A stretch of 64,000 nucleotides of DNA from an uncultured delta proteobacterium (GCA_963736855.1 CAVTQK010000015.1:128001-192000), one strand, 5' to 3'; numbered from the stretch's first letter, positions 10,489 to 20,235 are shown. The notes: generated by a model not told the origin, from the letters alone. A program made the numbers and translations.

Positions 10489-10653
10489 TTTTATTTCCTT
10501 TCCGCCATCATGAATGGGAATACCGATGCCGGCAGCCTATAAGCCGGATGCGGGATTGTCAATGCTTGTATCTAGAGATTCGAATACTCCAGGATTGCAC
10601 TTAATCCTTCGGATTGTTGGCAGGGATGACGATTCACGTGTAGGGCGCAAATT

Positions 10654-11388
10654 TTACTTCATCCTGCGGATGCGTACCTCGATCTCCCCGGCATCTTTCA
10701 TCAATTCCACCAACCGGTTAGGATCCGTATCGCTGAAATGATATGGATACAGGATGTTAGGCCTGAAAGCCTTGGCTGCGTCGGCCACCATCTCCGGGGT
10801 CATTGTGTAAGGCAGGTTCATGGGCAAAAAGGCCACAGCGATGTCTTTCAGCGCTTTCATCTCCGGGGTGTTTTCGGTGTCGCCCGCCACGTAAACACGT
10901 TTATTTCCAAAGGTAATCAGATATCCGTTTCCGTTTCCTTTTGGGTGGAAAGGCTCTCCGGAATCTCTTTTATGAGCAAGGTTGTAGGCCGGGATTGCTT
11001 CTATAGTCAGTCCGCATACGGTCTTTACATCCCCGTTTCCCATGGGGAGCCCTTCTTTAAGCGTCTGGATGCAATCGCGGGCGAAAACGCGTACGGTTTT
11101 TTCGGTTGAGACGGCTGCAATGGCATCCGGGTCGAGATGGTCGCCGTGGCTATGGGTGACAAGGATCAGGTCTGCTTTAGGAAGCGCGAGGTAATCGGCC
11201 AGCTTTCCCCACGGGTCCACATGGATCACTTTTTTTTGGAAGATGAACATGAGCGTTCCATGACCGATGAAAGTGATCTCAAGGTCGCCGGCGGATGTTT
11301 TGATCAGGTCCTTCTCAAACGGCTGCGACCCCGCCACTGCAGACCCCATCGCCGCTGAAAAAAGAATGAGAAAAACAAGAGGTTTCAT
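10654..11388 (-). CDS. Metallo-beta-lactamase-fold hydrolase, exported
   Basis: Signal peptide; THSHGDHLD, AGDTE, PYH. Confidence 0.9.
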   Translation of the reverse strand: MKPLVFLILFSAAMGSAVAGSQPFEKDLIKTSAGDLEITFIGHGTLMFIFQKKVIHVDPWGKLADYLALPKADLILVTHSHGDHLDPDAIAAVSTEKTVRVFARDCIQTLKEGLPMGNGDVKTVCGLTIEAIPAYNLAHKRDSGEPFHPKGNGNGYLITFGNKRVYVAGDTENTPEMKALKDIAVAFLPMNLPYTMTPEMVADAAKAFRPNILYPYHFSDTDPNRLVELMKDAGEIEVRIRRMK

Positions 11389-11611
11389 AAAATGCGCTCC
11401 TTATGCATAGGCAAGGGCTACGTTTGGATTGAAGTCGATAAACGCCTTTTGAGCAATGCCTGAAAAACTTTAGGATGAAAAGACAGCGACTGACAAGTTG
11501 AAAGTGAAAAAGTCCCGAATGGTTTTGACTGTTAGTTTCCGGTGGAAGAAAAGATCCTGTCGTTCCGCGCGGGATAAACGATCGGCTCTTGACAAAAGCA
11601 GATAGAGGGTT

Positions 11612-11645
11612 AAAAAAAAGCGGGGCGGCATATGCCTCCCCGCTT
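11612..11645 (-). terminator. Intrinsic terminator after the small basic protein gene
   Basis: Minus strand reads AAGCGGGGAGGCA-TA-TGCCGCCCCGC followed by a T run. Confidence 0.8.
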
Positions 11646-11668
11646 CTCACTTAAGGGCTGTTTGAAGG

Positions 11669-11782
11669 CTATTTCTTCTTAGTGGTGGTGCTTTTTTTAG
11701 TGGTGCTTTTTTTGGCAGCGGGCTTCTTTTTGGCAGCAGTGGTGGTCTTTTTTACAGTGGTGGTCTTTTTTGCTGTTGCCAT
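11669..11782 (-). CDS. 37-aa Lys/Thr/Ala-rich small basic protein (histone H1-like composition)
   Basis: Translated by hand: MATAKKTTTVKKTTTAAKKKPAAKKSTTKKSTTTKKK-TAG; AAGGAGG Shine-Dalgarno 5 nt before the ATG; terminator follows; below the ORF-track size cutoff. Confidence 0.85.
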   Translation of the reverse strand: MATAKKTTTVKKTTTAAKKKPAAKKSTTKKSTTTKKK

Positions 11783-12009
11783 GGCAACCTCCTTGATGGG
11801 TTTATGGATGGTGTTGACGACCGTGCCCTTAAGCAAAGAAGTGTACTTTTTTTATATCCTTTATTTTGTGGTAAACAGTCTGTTATTATACTATATACAG
11901 TATGTCAAGCTTTTTTTTTCAAAAAAATCATTATTTTTTCTTCGGAAAGCCCATGGGACCGGGGGATGATCTGATCCAATTTTTTAGGGGTTTTATTTAG
12001 AGTAATTAG

Positions 12010-13146
12010 ATGCGAGTATCGGTTTTTCTTTCAATCTTTTTATCGATATACGGGTTGCTACACGCCTATACCTTCTTCAAGGTGAAAAACGCATTCCTGT
12101 TGAGCCGGAGATCGGGCATCGGCCTTTTTGTGTTTTTGGCTTTTATGGTTTTGTGTCCCATGCTCACCCGGCTGTCAGAGAGGTTATCGTCGGAGGTGCT
12201 ATCCATAAGCCTGGCGTATGTGGGATACACATGGATGGGTGTGTTGTTCCTTTTTATCAACCTCCATTTATGTCTCGATATCGCCGGTTTTTTATGGAGA
12301 CTCTTCACCCGTGGCAAACCAGTGCTGGGTAGGATGCTTTCCCGCAGGGTTGCTTTTTGGTTTTGCGCTGCCGCTTCCGTGGTTTTAGCTTTCTATGGAT
12401 ATTTCGAGGCGCTCCGTATCCATACGGATCATGTGGTGATCCAGAGCCTGAAAATTCCGGCTGCTATAGGCAAAATCCGAATCGTCCAGATATCCGACGT
12501 GCATCTGGGAATCATGGTCAGGGAATCCCGGCTTAGAAGCATCATTCGAAAGGCGGCGGCGGAAAAGCCGGATATTTTGGTCTCCACCGGGGACTTGGTG
12601 GATGGCCAGATCGATGACATTTCCGGGATGGCCGGGTTGTTTCGCAGTATCGACGCCCCGTATGGAAGGTTCGCCGTTACCGGAAACCATGAATATTATG
12701 CCGGCATCGAAAGGGCTGTGGCTTTCACCGAGCAAGCTGGGTTCACCCTGCTGCGGGGAGACGAACGGGATGTCCGGGGAATAATGAGCGTGGTGGGTGT
12801 CGAGGATCCGGCGGCCGGTCGATTCACGGACGTTTCAACCCGATCGGAGGACCTGCTTTTATCTTCAGAGACAGACAGCCGTTTCGTCTTGCTATTAAAG
12901 CACCGCCCCGTGCTGAACCCAAGGAGCGCAGGGCGTTTTGATCTGCAGCTTTCCGGTCATGCGCACAAAGGACAGATCTTTCCCTTTTCATTGATCATCA
13001 GGGCGATTTACCCCATCGATGCAGGGTTGCTTCCCCTTCCCCGCGATGGTTTTTTATATGTCAGCCGGGGCTCCGGGACCTGGGGACCGCCCATGCGGAT
13101 TCTTGCCCCACCGGAGGTGACGGTGATTGACCTTATTCCGAAATGA
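12010..13146 (+). CDS. Membrane-anchored calcineurin-like metallophosphoesterase
   Basis: N-terminal TM helices; SDVHLG, TGDLVD, GNHEYY, SGHAHKGQ, VSRGSGTWGPP. Confidence 0.92.
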   Translation: MRVSVFLSIFLSIYGLLHAYTFFKVKNAFLLSRRSGIGLFVFLAFMVLCPMLTRLSERLSSEVLSISLAYVGYTWMGVLFLFINLHLCLDIAGFLWRLFTRGKPVLGRMLSRRVAFWFCAAASVVLAFYGYFEALRIHTDHVVIQSLKIPAAIGKIRIVQISDVHLGIMVRESRLRSIIRKAAAEKPDILVSTGDLVDGQIDDISGMAGLFRSIDAPYGRFAVTGNHEYYAGIERAVAFTEQAGFTLLRGDERDVRGIMSVVGVEDPAAGRFTDVSTRSEDLLLSSETDSRFVLLLKHRPVLNPRSAGRFDLQLSGHAHKGQIFPFSLIIRAIYPIDAGLLPLPRDGFLYVSRGSGTWGPPMRILAPPEVTVIDLIPK

Positions 13147-13200
13147 AAAGGAGAAGGCATCCATGAGATGTCCGATTATGAATTTTCGCTGCGTAAATTT

Positions 13201-13355
13201 TGATGAAATTGTAAAAACTCAAAATTAGGATGGCAAAGTAAAAAGCTTCAGATGCAAGGTGCGCAAATCCTGAGGAATGAGGCGTACATATGGGTACGCC
13301 GCAATGACGAAGGATGCAGTGCAACGCAGCAGATGGACTTTTTACGAAGCTATCA
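13201..13355. repeat. MITE-like intergenic element, subfamily A, copy 1
   Basis: Near-identical to 29765-29920 and to the reverse complement of 34230-34384; ends TGATGAAATTGTAAAAA / TTTTTACGAAGCTATCA; AATTT on both flanks. Confidence 0.9.
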
Positions 13356-13384
13356 AATTTTACGGGTTATCTGGAGGAAAGGAT

Positions 13385-15262
13385 ATGATCGCGGCGGAAC
13401 ATCTGACGAAAAGCTACGGATCCTGGATCCTGTTCGACCGCATCAGCTTCAAGATCAACCCCAAAGAGCGGGTGGGGCTGGTGGGTCGAAACGGGCACGG
13501 GAAGACTACCCTGTTTCGGATCATCCTCGGTCAGGAGGACTACGACGGAGGAGTTCTTTCCATCCCCAAAAACTACCGGATCGGTCATGTGGCTCAGCAG
13601 CTTGACTTTGTGGAGGATACGACGCTCGAGGAAGGGATGCGGGGACTTCCGGCAAATGAAAAGGATCACCGCTGGAAAGTGGAAAAGATCCTGGCCGGCC
13701 TGGGCTTTTCCGACCGGCAGATGGAAAGCCGACCGGAAATTCTATCCGGAGGATTCCAGGTGCGACTTAACTTGGTGAAAACGCTGGTCTCGGAACCGGA
13801 TCTGCTCCTTTTAGATGAGCCCACCAATTATCTGGACATCACTTCCATCCGATGGGTTCAGCGCTTTTTGTCGGATTGGGCGCGGGAGCTGATCCTGATT
13901 ACCCACGATCGCGGGTTTATGGATGGCGTCGTGACCCACACCATGGGAATTCATCGGAAAAAAGTGAGAAAGATCGCCGGGAACACAGGAAAATATTACG
14001 CCCAGATCGCCCAGGAAGAAGAGATCCATGAAAAAACGCGCATCAAAGATGAGCGACGAAGACAAGAGGTCGAGCAATTCATCACCCGTTTTCGAGCCAA
14101 GGCCCGGTTGGCCGGTCTGGTTCAAAGCCGAATCAAGACTCTATCCAAAAAGCAGAAAACAGAGAAGTTGGAAAAGGTTCGCGATCTGGAGTTCAGCTTC
14201 AACTACCGGCCTTTCCGGAGTAAGCAACTGCTGACCGTCAGCGAGCTGTCCTTTGCGTACCCGGGTCAGAGCCCACTGTTCCATGACCTGGATTTTTCTG
14301 TTCATTCTACGGACCGTATTTGTGTCGTGGGTCCTAACGGGAAGGGCAAGACCACGCTGTTAAAGCTTCTAGCCGGAAAATTGGTGCCGCAGGCCGGGGA
14401 TGTCACGTATCATCCGGATGCTGCCGTCGGCTTTTATGAACAGACGAATGTGCATAGCCTGCGGGATTCTTTTACGGTGGCCCAGGAAGTTCAGTCCAGT
14501 CTCGGCGACGGGGATTACCAGAAGGCCCGGAATATTTGCGGTGCCATGCTCTTTGAGGGCGACGACGCCCTGAAAAAAATTGCGGTGCTGTCCGGCGGTG
14601 AAAAGGCACGGGTGATTCTGGGTAAAGTAATCGCCTTGCCGGTAAACCTGCTCCTTTTGGATGAGCCCACCAATCATCTGGATATGGAATCCGCCGACGC
14701 CCTCCTGGCCGCCATTGACGCGTTCGATGGAGCGGTGATTTTGGTGACGCACAATCAAATGTACCTGCACGCATTGGCTAACCGGCTCATCGTTTTTAAA
14801 AAAGATCGGGTGATCTTCTTCGAAGACGGTTATCAGGAATTCCTGGAGGCAGGTGGATGGGAAGACGAAACAGCCGGAAAAACCGCGGCTTTCCGTCCCG
14901 ATGCCCCCAATGCCTGCGATGCCGCCGTAGAGCGAAGGGATAAAAAGGCGCTCCGAAAAGAAAGATCCAGGATCATCAATGAGCGTTCCCAAAGCCTCAA
15001 ACCTCTCTTGAGAACGATCGGAGAAACGGAGAAGCGCATAGAGGATCTCGAATCGAAACTGAAGAAGATGCAGGCCGATCTGATATGCGCATCGCAGGAA
15101 AAAGATGGAATGCGTATTGCCGAACTCTCCATCGAAACCAGTCGCTGCCGACAGGAGGTCGACCGGCAATTCGGAGACCTGGAAAGACTGTATCTTGAAA
15201 AAGAGACCCTGGAAACGGAATATGCTCGACAACTGGAATCCCCCCAGGATACCTTAACGTAA
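13385..15262 (+). CDS. ABC-F family ATP-binding protein
   Basis: Two ABC cassettes (GRNGHGKTT, LSGG, LDEPTN; GPNGKGKTT, LSGGEK, LDEPTNHLD), coiled-coil tail, no TM segments; likely start ATG 13385 because the upstream ORF extension is MITE sequence. Confidence 0.93.
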   Translation: MIAAEHLTKSYGSWILFDRISFKINPKERVGLVGRNGHGKTTLFRIILGQEDYDGGVLSIPKNYRIGHVAQQLDFVEDTTLEEGMRGLPANEKDHRWKVEKILAGLGFSDRQMESRPEILSGGFQVRLNLVKTLVSEPDLLLLDEPTNYLDITSIRWVQRFLSDWARELILITHDRGFMDGVVTHTMGIHRKKVRKIAGNTGKYYAQIAQEEEIHEKTRIKDERRRQEVEQFITRFRAKARLAGLVQSRIKTLSKKQKTEKLEKVRDLEFSFNYRPFRSKQLLTVSELSFAYPGQSPLFHDLDFSVHSTDRICVVGPNGKGKTTLLKLLAGKLVPQAGDVTYHPDAAVGFYEQTNVHSLRDSFTVAQEVQSSLGDGDYQKARNICGAMLFEGDDALKKIAVLSGGEKARVILGKVIALPVNLLLLDEPTNHLDMESADALLAAIDAFDGAVILVTHNQMYLHALANRLIVFKKDRVIFFEDGYQEFLEAGGWEDETAGKTAAFRPDAPNACDAAVERRDKKALRKERSRIINERSQSLKPLLRTIGETEKRIEDLESKLKKMQADLICASQEKDGMRIAELSIETSRCRQEVDRQFGDLERLYLEKETLETEYARQLESPQDTLT

Positions 15263-15417
15263 AGGCGCTTTCGGGTTCCGATTTTAAACTTGCATGGGAC
15301 GCCCAGGTCGTCTATCCAAGAAAGAAATAACGGCGAAAAAAGACATCGGCCTGCTTAAGGGTGTATGGCAGCATTTAACAAACCCTTGAAAAGCGGAAGT
15401 GAGGGCTTCCGATAAAG

Positions 15418-15755
15418 ATGAGTAATCTTTTTCAAGTCGCTTTTTTTACCTGCCTCCTGCTGTCTTCTTTTATAAGTGAAATCAAATTGTTAGATCAAAC
15501 GTGGACTCCAGGCGATCGGAAAACCCTCCGATATGGGGTTTATGTGAGCCGAATCGGGACGTTTGATCCGCACAAGGCGTCATCTTCTTCGGATCTTGTT
15601 ATCGCCGATTTGCTTTTCAACGGGCTTCTTCGGTATCACCCCGGCAACGCACCGAAAATCGATTCGGATTTGGCATCCGCCATACCGTACATGCAGATCA
15701 TCCACGGAAAATAAGTTTGGACGTTCAAGCTTAAAGAAGTGGTGGTGTTTCATGC
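15418..15755 (+). pseudogene. 5' fragment of a family-5 ABC transporter substrate-binding protein
   Basis: TFDPH...LLFNGLLRY...DLA, then in-frame TAA (15712-15714) followed by VWTFKLKEVVVFH; cut off by the IS at about 15755. Confidence 0.7.
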
Positions 15756-16414
15756 ACTTCCTGAACCGCTGAAAAACTGGAGGCCGTCCCCTCCTGTTCC
15801 ACAAAGAACATGGAGTAATGCTCACTGTTGGCATCGTCCATGGTGACGATCAGATCCCAGTAGCATCCCGGAACCCATTCATGCATGCTGCCGTCCTGAT
15901 GCAGCATCATCCCGACCACCGGGGCCCGCTGACGCCGTTTGCGATGTCGACCCCGAACCCGACACCTTATTAACCAGCCCGGCTTCCTGCAGCGTATTCT
16001 TCACCCAGCTGTAGGAACGCACACCCGCATGCATCCGACGATAAAAACCGTAAAAATGCTTGATGTTCCACCCCCCGTAACGCTCACGATAGGTTCCCAA
16101 AACCTGCATCACTTCATCCACCGGCGCACGGCGATGAGATACCTGAGTCAGACGTTTGTCCAATAAACCCTCCATCCCATCCTCTTCGTACCGGTAAATG
16201 TAACGACGAAACGTCCGCTCACAAACCCCCAACAACCGCGCCGCCTCCTGCTGCGTTAACCGATCCTCACCCCATCCAAAATACGCTTCCTCAAACCGCA
16301 TCATCCGAGCCTCCTGTAACCACTGTGTCCGCTTCATCAGTCCACCTCCTCGGTGACTTCATAAACCGGACAGTTTATGTGTTACAAACCCGGACAGTTT
16401 ATTTGTTCTCTACA
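15755..16414 (-). mobile_element. Truncated, frameshifted IS (ISNCY/IS1202-like DDE transposase), left part only
   Basis: HTH AARLLGVCERTFRR; after a frameshift GMMLHQDGS and LIVTMDDA (first two acidic DDE residues); terminus TGTAGAGAAC at 16414 with two subterminal CCGGACAGTTTAT repeats. Confidence 0.85.
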
Positions 16415-16746
16415 GGCGATACAATCCCGATTGACAGCGCATTCACCTTCGGATAATCGAAACCCATACGCCATGACAAATGTGTGTTCCCATATCTGGG
16501 GGTGCAAATGATGGTAAAACACAATTCATACCCATCCTTAGCACGTACGTGTAAAAGCGATTTCTTATCAATTAGATAAGGCGCCAACCGAAATGGCGAA
16601 AGAGGGCCCGAGCCCGGTTTACGGGAAATGGCCTACGGTGACGTGACCCACACCCGAAAATGAAAGGGCGATCTACCCGGGAGATGGGAGGGTATTGCTG
16701 GAAGATTCGACTGAATACTGATTTGCACTGAATTCATGTATCAAAT

Positions 16747-17913
16747 ATGACTGCATACACCTTTCCCCTTGAAAATAACCTTGTGGTGTTCCGGCCGGGA
16801 GTAAGAGGCCTATTCATTTTAAATGAAACCGCGGGTATGATCTGGAAAGGGCACGCTGATCGATTGCATCCCGGGCAAATTGCTTCTCAACTTGCAGAAC
16901 AATTTCATATTTCAAAAGAAAATGCTCAAAAGGATGTTGAACAGACAATTCGATTTTGGGCTGCTCATGGTCTCGTGGATGCAACATTGGGAAAAGCCTC
17001 CTTACAGCCAGGTACCCTGGATCATTCATCCAACCAAGCTTTCCCTCCGCCTCGAATTTCAGTAAAATCTTTTTTTTCTCAGCACTCATATTCGCTATTT
17101 GACAAATCCTTTCGAATCGGTTTTGAAACACTTGATTTGAAAAATGCCATTCACCCCCTGCTTTTTCAGTTTGAAACCGTTTCAGAGTCAACGACCAAAG
17201 TCCGGATCGATATTTTTTCAAATGAGGGCACCTATTTTGTCGCAAGAAACGGCAAGATCGTCGGGCAAAACGCCGCCATACATGAGACTGTCAGCCTGGT
17301 GCTAAAAGAACTCTTTAATATTCTTCACCCGGAAATGGAGTGGATGGCGGTCCTCCATGGAGCGGCTGTCGGAAGTTATTCTCATGGCATCTTGTTTCCA
17401 GGAGATGGGGGAAACGGAAAGTCCACACTGGTGGCCGCCCTTTCCAAATGCGGTTTCGGTTATCTCAACGACGACACCGTTCCTTTGGATGCGAACACGC
17501 AATATGCAGCCGCTCTTCCATTTAACATCTGCTTAAAGGAAGGAAGCTGGGCGACGTTACAATCTTATTATCCGGAAGTAGATTCCCTTCCGGTTTATGA
17601 ACGATATGGGAAACTGGTCCGTTATCTGCCAATTGAAAGAAACTCCGTTTGGAAAGACGTACGCTATTTCCCGGTTAAAACCGTGATTTTTCCTGCATAC
17701 CGAAAAGAAGGGGAAAACCGCCTCGAAAAGATTTCAAAAACCGAGGCGCTTAAACATTTTGTCCAATCCGGTATTTGGATTTCGCCGGACCCGGAACATG
17801 TGAGCCGGTTCATCGAGTGGATGAGATATCCTTCCTGTTACCGGCTTTCATATCATCTGCTTTCATGGGCGATTCAAAAAATCAGCGAGTTGGCAGACAA
17901 TGAAGCCGTTTAA
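16747..17913 (+). CDS. PqqD/RRE-domain - HPr-kinase-like P-loop kinase fusion
   Basis: N-terminal PqqD pattern LNETAGMIW...IASQLAEQFHIS...DV...GLV; C-terminal LHGAAV, Walker A GDGGNGKST, YLNDD. Confidence 0.85.
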   Translation: MTAYTFPLENNLVVFRPGVRGLFILNETAGMIWKGHADRLHPGQIASQLAEQFHISKENAQKDVEQTIRFWAAHGLVDATLGKASLQPGTLDHSSNQAFPPPRISVKSFFSQHSYSLFDKSFRIGFETLDLKNAIHPLLFQFETVSESTTKVRIDIFSNEGTYFVARNGKIVGQNAAIHETVSLVLKELFNILHPEMEWMAVLHGAAVGSYSHGILFPGDGGNGKSTLVAALSKCGFGYLNDDTVPLDANTQYAAALPFNICLKEGSWATLQSYYPEVDSLPVYERYGKLVRYLPIERNSVWKDVRYFPVKTVIFPAYRKEGENRLEKISKTEALKHFVQSGIWISPDPEHVSRFIEWMRYPSCYRLSYHLLSWAIQKISELADNEAV

Positions 17914-19042
17914 AGCCTTTCTTTTTTTGTGCCGATGTATTTCCTTTGAAGGTGATGACGCCAAACAGGCATCCCGCTTAAGACGAGAGATTGCCGCTGG
18001 AAATGCCGATTGGGAAATGATCATTAAAATAGCCGACCGTCATTTCGCTCTTCCGTTTTTATATCAAAGGCTTATAGAAAAAAATCTGCTCCAATATCTT
18101 CCCTCGAATAAAAGATTTTTTTTAAAAACTATATTCGAGCTTAATCTTTCCCGAAACCGGTTGCATAAGAAACAGGTCTTTGAAATCGCCCGGTTGTTCA
18201 ATGCCATCGATGTGGAGCCGTTGCTGTTAAAAGGGAGTGCAGCCCTTTTTTCAGGTCTCTATGCTTCCGATGGTGGAAGAATGATGAACGACCTGGATCT
18301 TCTTGTTCCTTACCCAAAACTCGAGTCTTGCATTCGGACCTTATTTGAATCCGGATATCGATTAATGCGAGATGAGGATCTGCCCGATCAATATCATGCT
18401 TATTTGCCGCTTGTGCACGAAAAGTATCTAACAAGGATTGAAATTCATAAGTATCCTATAAAGTTAAATTATAGTTCCATTTTAAATACAAATGAAATTT
18501 GGGAAAAATCAACTCCTTTGATATTTCAAAATGCCAGACTTCGAATTCCTGATTATCAGCATTTTATTTTACACAATATCATCCACAGTCAGCTTTCACA
18601 TAGGGGTAATAAAAAAAATAAAATCTATTTGTATCAGATGCTTGATTTGGTAATGCTAAGAAGAAATCTTGACAAAAAAATTGATTGGTATGACATAAAA
18701 AACCGATTTGAAAAAGCAGGGTATATACATCCTTTTTTGTCCTATTTGGTAATTGCTAGTAACCTTTTTAAACAACATGTGCCGGATCAAATTTGTTCAC
18801 GGCTCAAAGCTGCCATTATTTGGCATGTTTTCGAAGTTCTTTGCAATTATCCGATGGTAAACCATTTAAGAAATGCCATATATTCTTACATTGAAAATGT
18901 TAGAGTTGCATGTGGAGATCCGACAGAAAGAAGAATTTTGTTGAAAAAATTTTTAAAGACCAATACCTATAGGAAAAATATTATTTTATTTTTCAAAAAT
19001 ATTAATCATTCTTGTTTTACAAATAACAAACCATTTATTTGA
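17900..19042 (+). CDS. Nucleotidyltransferase family protein (NTP_transf_5-like)
   Basis: PLLLKGSA...LY...RMMNDLDLLV...IEIH signature; overlaps the upstream stop; visibly AT-rich. Confidence 0.85.
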   Translation: MKPFKAFLFLCRCISFEGDDAKQASRLRREIAAGNADWEMIIKIADRHFALPFLYQRLIEKNLLQYLPSNKRFFLKTIFELNLSRNRLHKKQVFEIARLFNAIDVEPLLLKGSAALFSGLYASDGGRMMNDLDLLVPYPKLESCIRTLFESGYRLMRDEDLPDQYHAYLPLVHEKYLTRIEIHKYPIKLNYSSILNTNEIWEKSTPLIFQNARLRIPDYQHFILHNIIHSQLSHRGNKKNKIYLYQMLDLVMLRRNLDKKIDWYDIKNRFEKAGYIHPFLSYLVIASNLFKQHVPDQICSRLKAAIIWHVFEVLCNYPMVNHLRNAIYSYIENVRVACGDPTERRILLKKFLKTNTYRKNIILFFKNINHSCFTNNKPFI

Positions 19043-19061
19043 AAAATGAAAGGAAGGGAAA

Positions 19062-19250
19062 ATGGATCAGAAGTCTCAAAATAAAAATGATGTTGAAAAC
19101 ACGGTTAACAGCCTAATAGTAGACCAGGATCGACGGGCTATGCTCAAAACCATAGCTTATGCAGCTCCAATTACAATCATGCTTTTAACATCCGAATCGG
19201 CTTCACCAGCATCAAGACCACAGAACGGAGATGGTATCGGTCGTCCATAG
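19062..19250 (+). CDS. Small peptide, candidate RiPP-like precursor (C-terminus replaced by IS3 sequence)
   Basis: AAGGAAGGG ribosome-binding site; DRRAMLKTIAYAAPITIMLL motif then Ser-rich TSESASPAS; last five residues and stop lie within the IS3 inverted repeat. Confidence 0.65.
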   Translation: MDQKSQNKNDVENTVNSLIVDQDRRAMLKTIAYAAPITIMLLTSESASPASRPQNGDGIGRP

Positions 19251-20234
19251 TGGACACCAATTCATCATGCTGCTAGCCGCTGTTCATAGAATCGGCGGTC
19301 GAATGCTGTCGGTGAAAGATAGTCCAGCGTTTTCTGAGTCCTCTCTCTGTTGTAGAAAACTTCAATATATTCGGTTAGTTCCCTGATGGCCTGGAGTCGG
19401 GTAGCGAAACGTCGATGAAAGATCAGCTCGGTCTTAAGCGTTGCCCAGAAGCTCTCCATGGGGGCATTGTCATAGCAGTTCCCGATTCCGCTCATCGAAA
19501 CCGCCATTCCGAGGCGATGGAGCATCTCCCGGTATTCGTGAGAACAGTACTGACTTCACTTATCTGAGTGATGAAGCAGACCGGTACAGGGTCCTGAGGT
19601 CTCCACAGCCCGCATCAATGCGCTTAATCCGATGTGCCCCGATGCGCACTCCATTAGCCGACATATCCCGCTGCAACCGTTCCGGACCGCAAGTCTCCCG
19701 CGTACGCCTGTAGGCGGCCCGGATCTCAATTTCCAACCGTCCCTCTTCCCGCGCCCGCCGAGAAGGCCCACGGCTGCGCCTGGCATGAAATCCGCTGGCC
19801 GATACCCCCAATACCCGACACAACACCCCCAACGGATAGTCGAGTTGCATATCCTCCATCACCGCGTGCCGTGCAGCGACTCCTTGGCAAAGTACGCGGC
19901 CGCTTTTTTAGTATGTCTCGCTCCATCTTCACAAGGACCAGTTCCAGCTTCACCCGGGCCATCTCAACCTTCACCTCAGTCAAAGGCCTGTGCGTCGAAC
20001 CGATCCTCTCCAGCTTCCCGGCCTTGAAAGCCCGAACCCAGTTCTCCAAGGTCGATTTCGGAAGGGAAAGGCGCATGGCTCCCTCTCCAACCGATAGGCC
20101 CCCTTCGGTAACAAGACGAACCGCCTCTAGACGAAACTCTTTGCTGTATTTGCTGTATGGAACCTTTTCCATCCTGACACCTCCGTCTATCAATCATTGT
20201 AAACTTTAGTGTCCATTATTTTCAACCTATATCA
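19232..20234 (-). mobile_element. IS3-family element with an internal deletion in orfB
   Basis: Imperfect 29-bp terminal IRs TGGTATCGGTCGTCCATAGTGGACACCAA / TGATATAGGTTGAAAATAATGGACACTAA; orfA YSKEFRLEAVRLV from ATG 20172; AAAAAAG slippery site near 19903-19909; orfB remnants LCRVLGVSASGF and GNCYDNAPMESFWATLKTE. Confidence 0.9.
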
Positions 20235-20235
20235 C

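Noticed and set aside
11885..11908. Minus-strand TTGACA and TATAAT upstream of the small basic gene
   Set aside because: The spacer is 12 nt, so the pair is not a canonical sigma70 promoter; the nearby CTGT...ACAG has 13-nt spacing and is not an E. coli-type LexA box
11682..11969. 95-aa hydrophobic + strand ORF that looks like a membrane protein
   Set aside because: It is the antisense shadow of the Lys/Thr-rich minus-strand gene, which has the RBS and terminator
13277..13384. N-terminal extension of the ABC-F ORF, and the ORFs at 13252, 13133, 29866 and 34007
   Set aside because: These read through subfamily A repeat sequence; the same peptide text recurs at each copy
16366..16414. Paired CCGGACAGTTTAT direct repeats as a CRISPR or iteron array
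   Set aside because: Only two units, located at an IS terminus and duplicated with it at 20358-20406; no spacers or cas genes in the window
16747..19250. Calling the module a lasso peptide or PQQ biosynthesis cluster
   Set aside because: No asparagine-synthetase-like cyclase, transglutaminase-like peptidase or pqqB/C/E genes are present in the window
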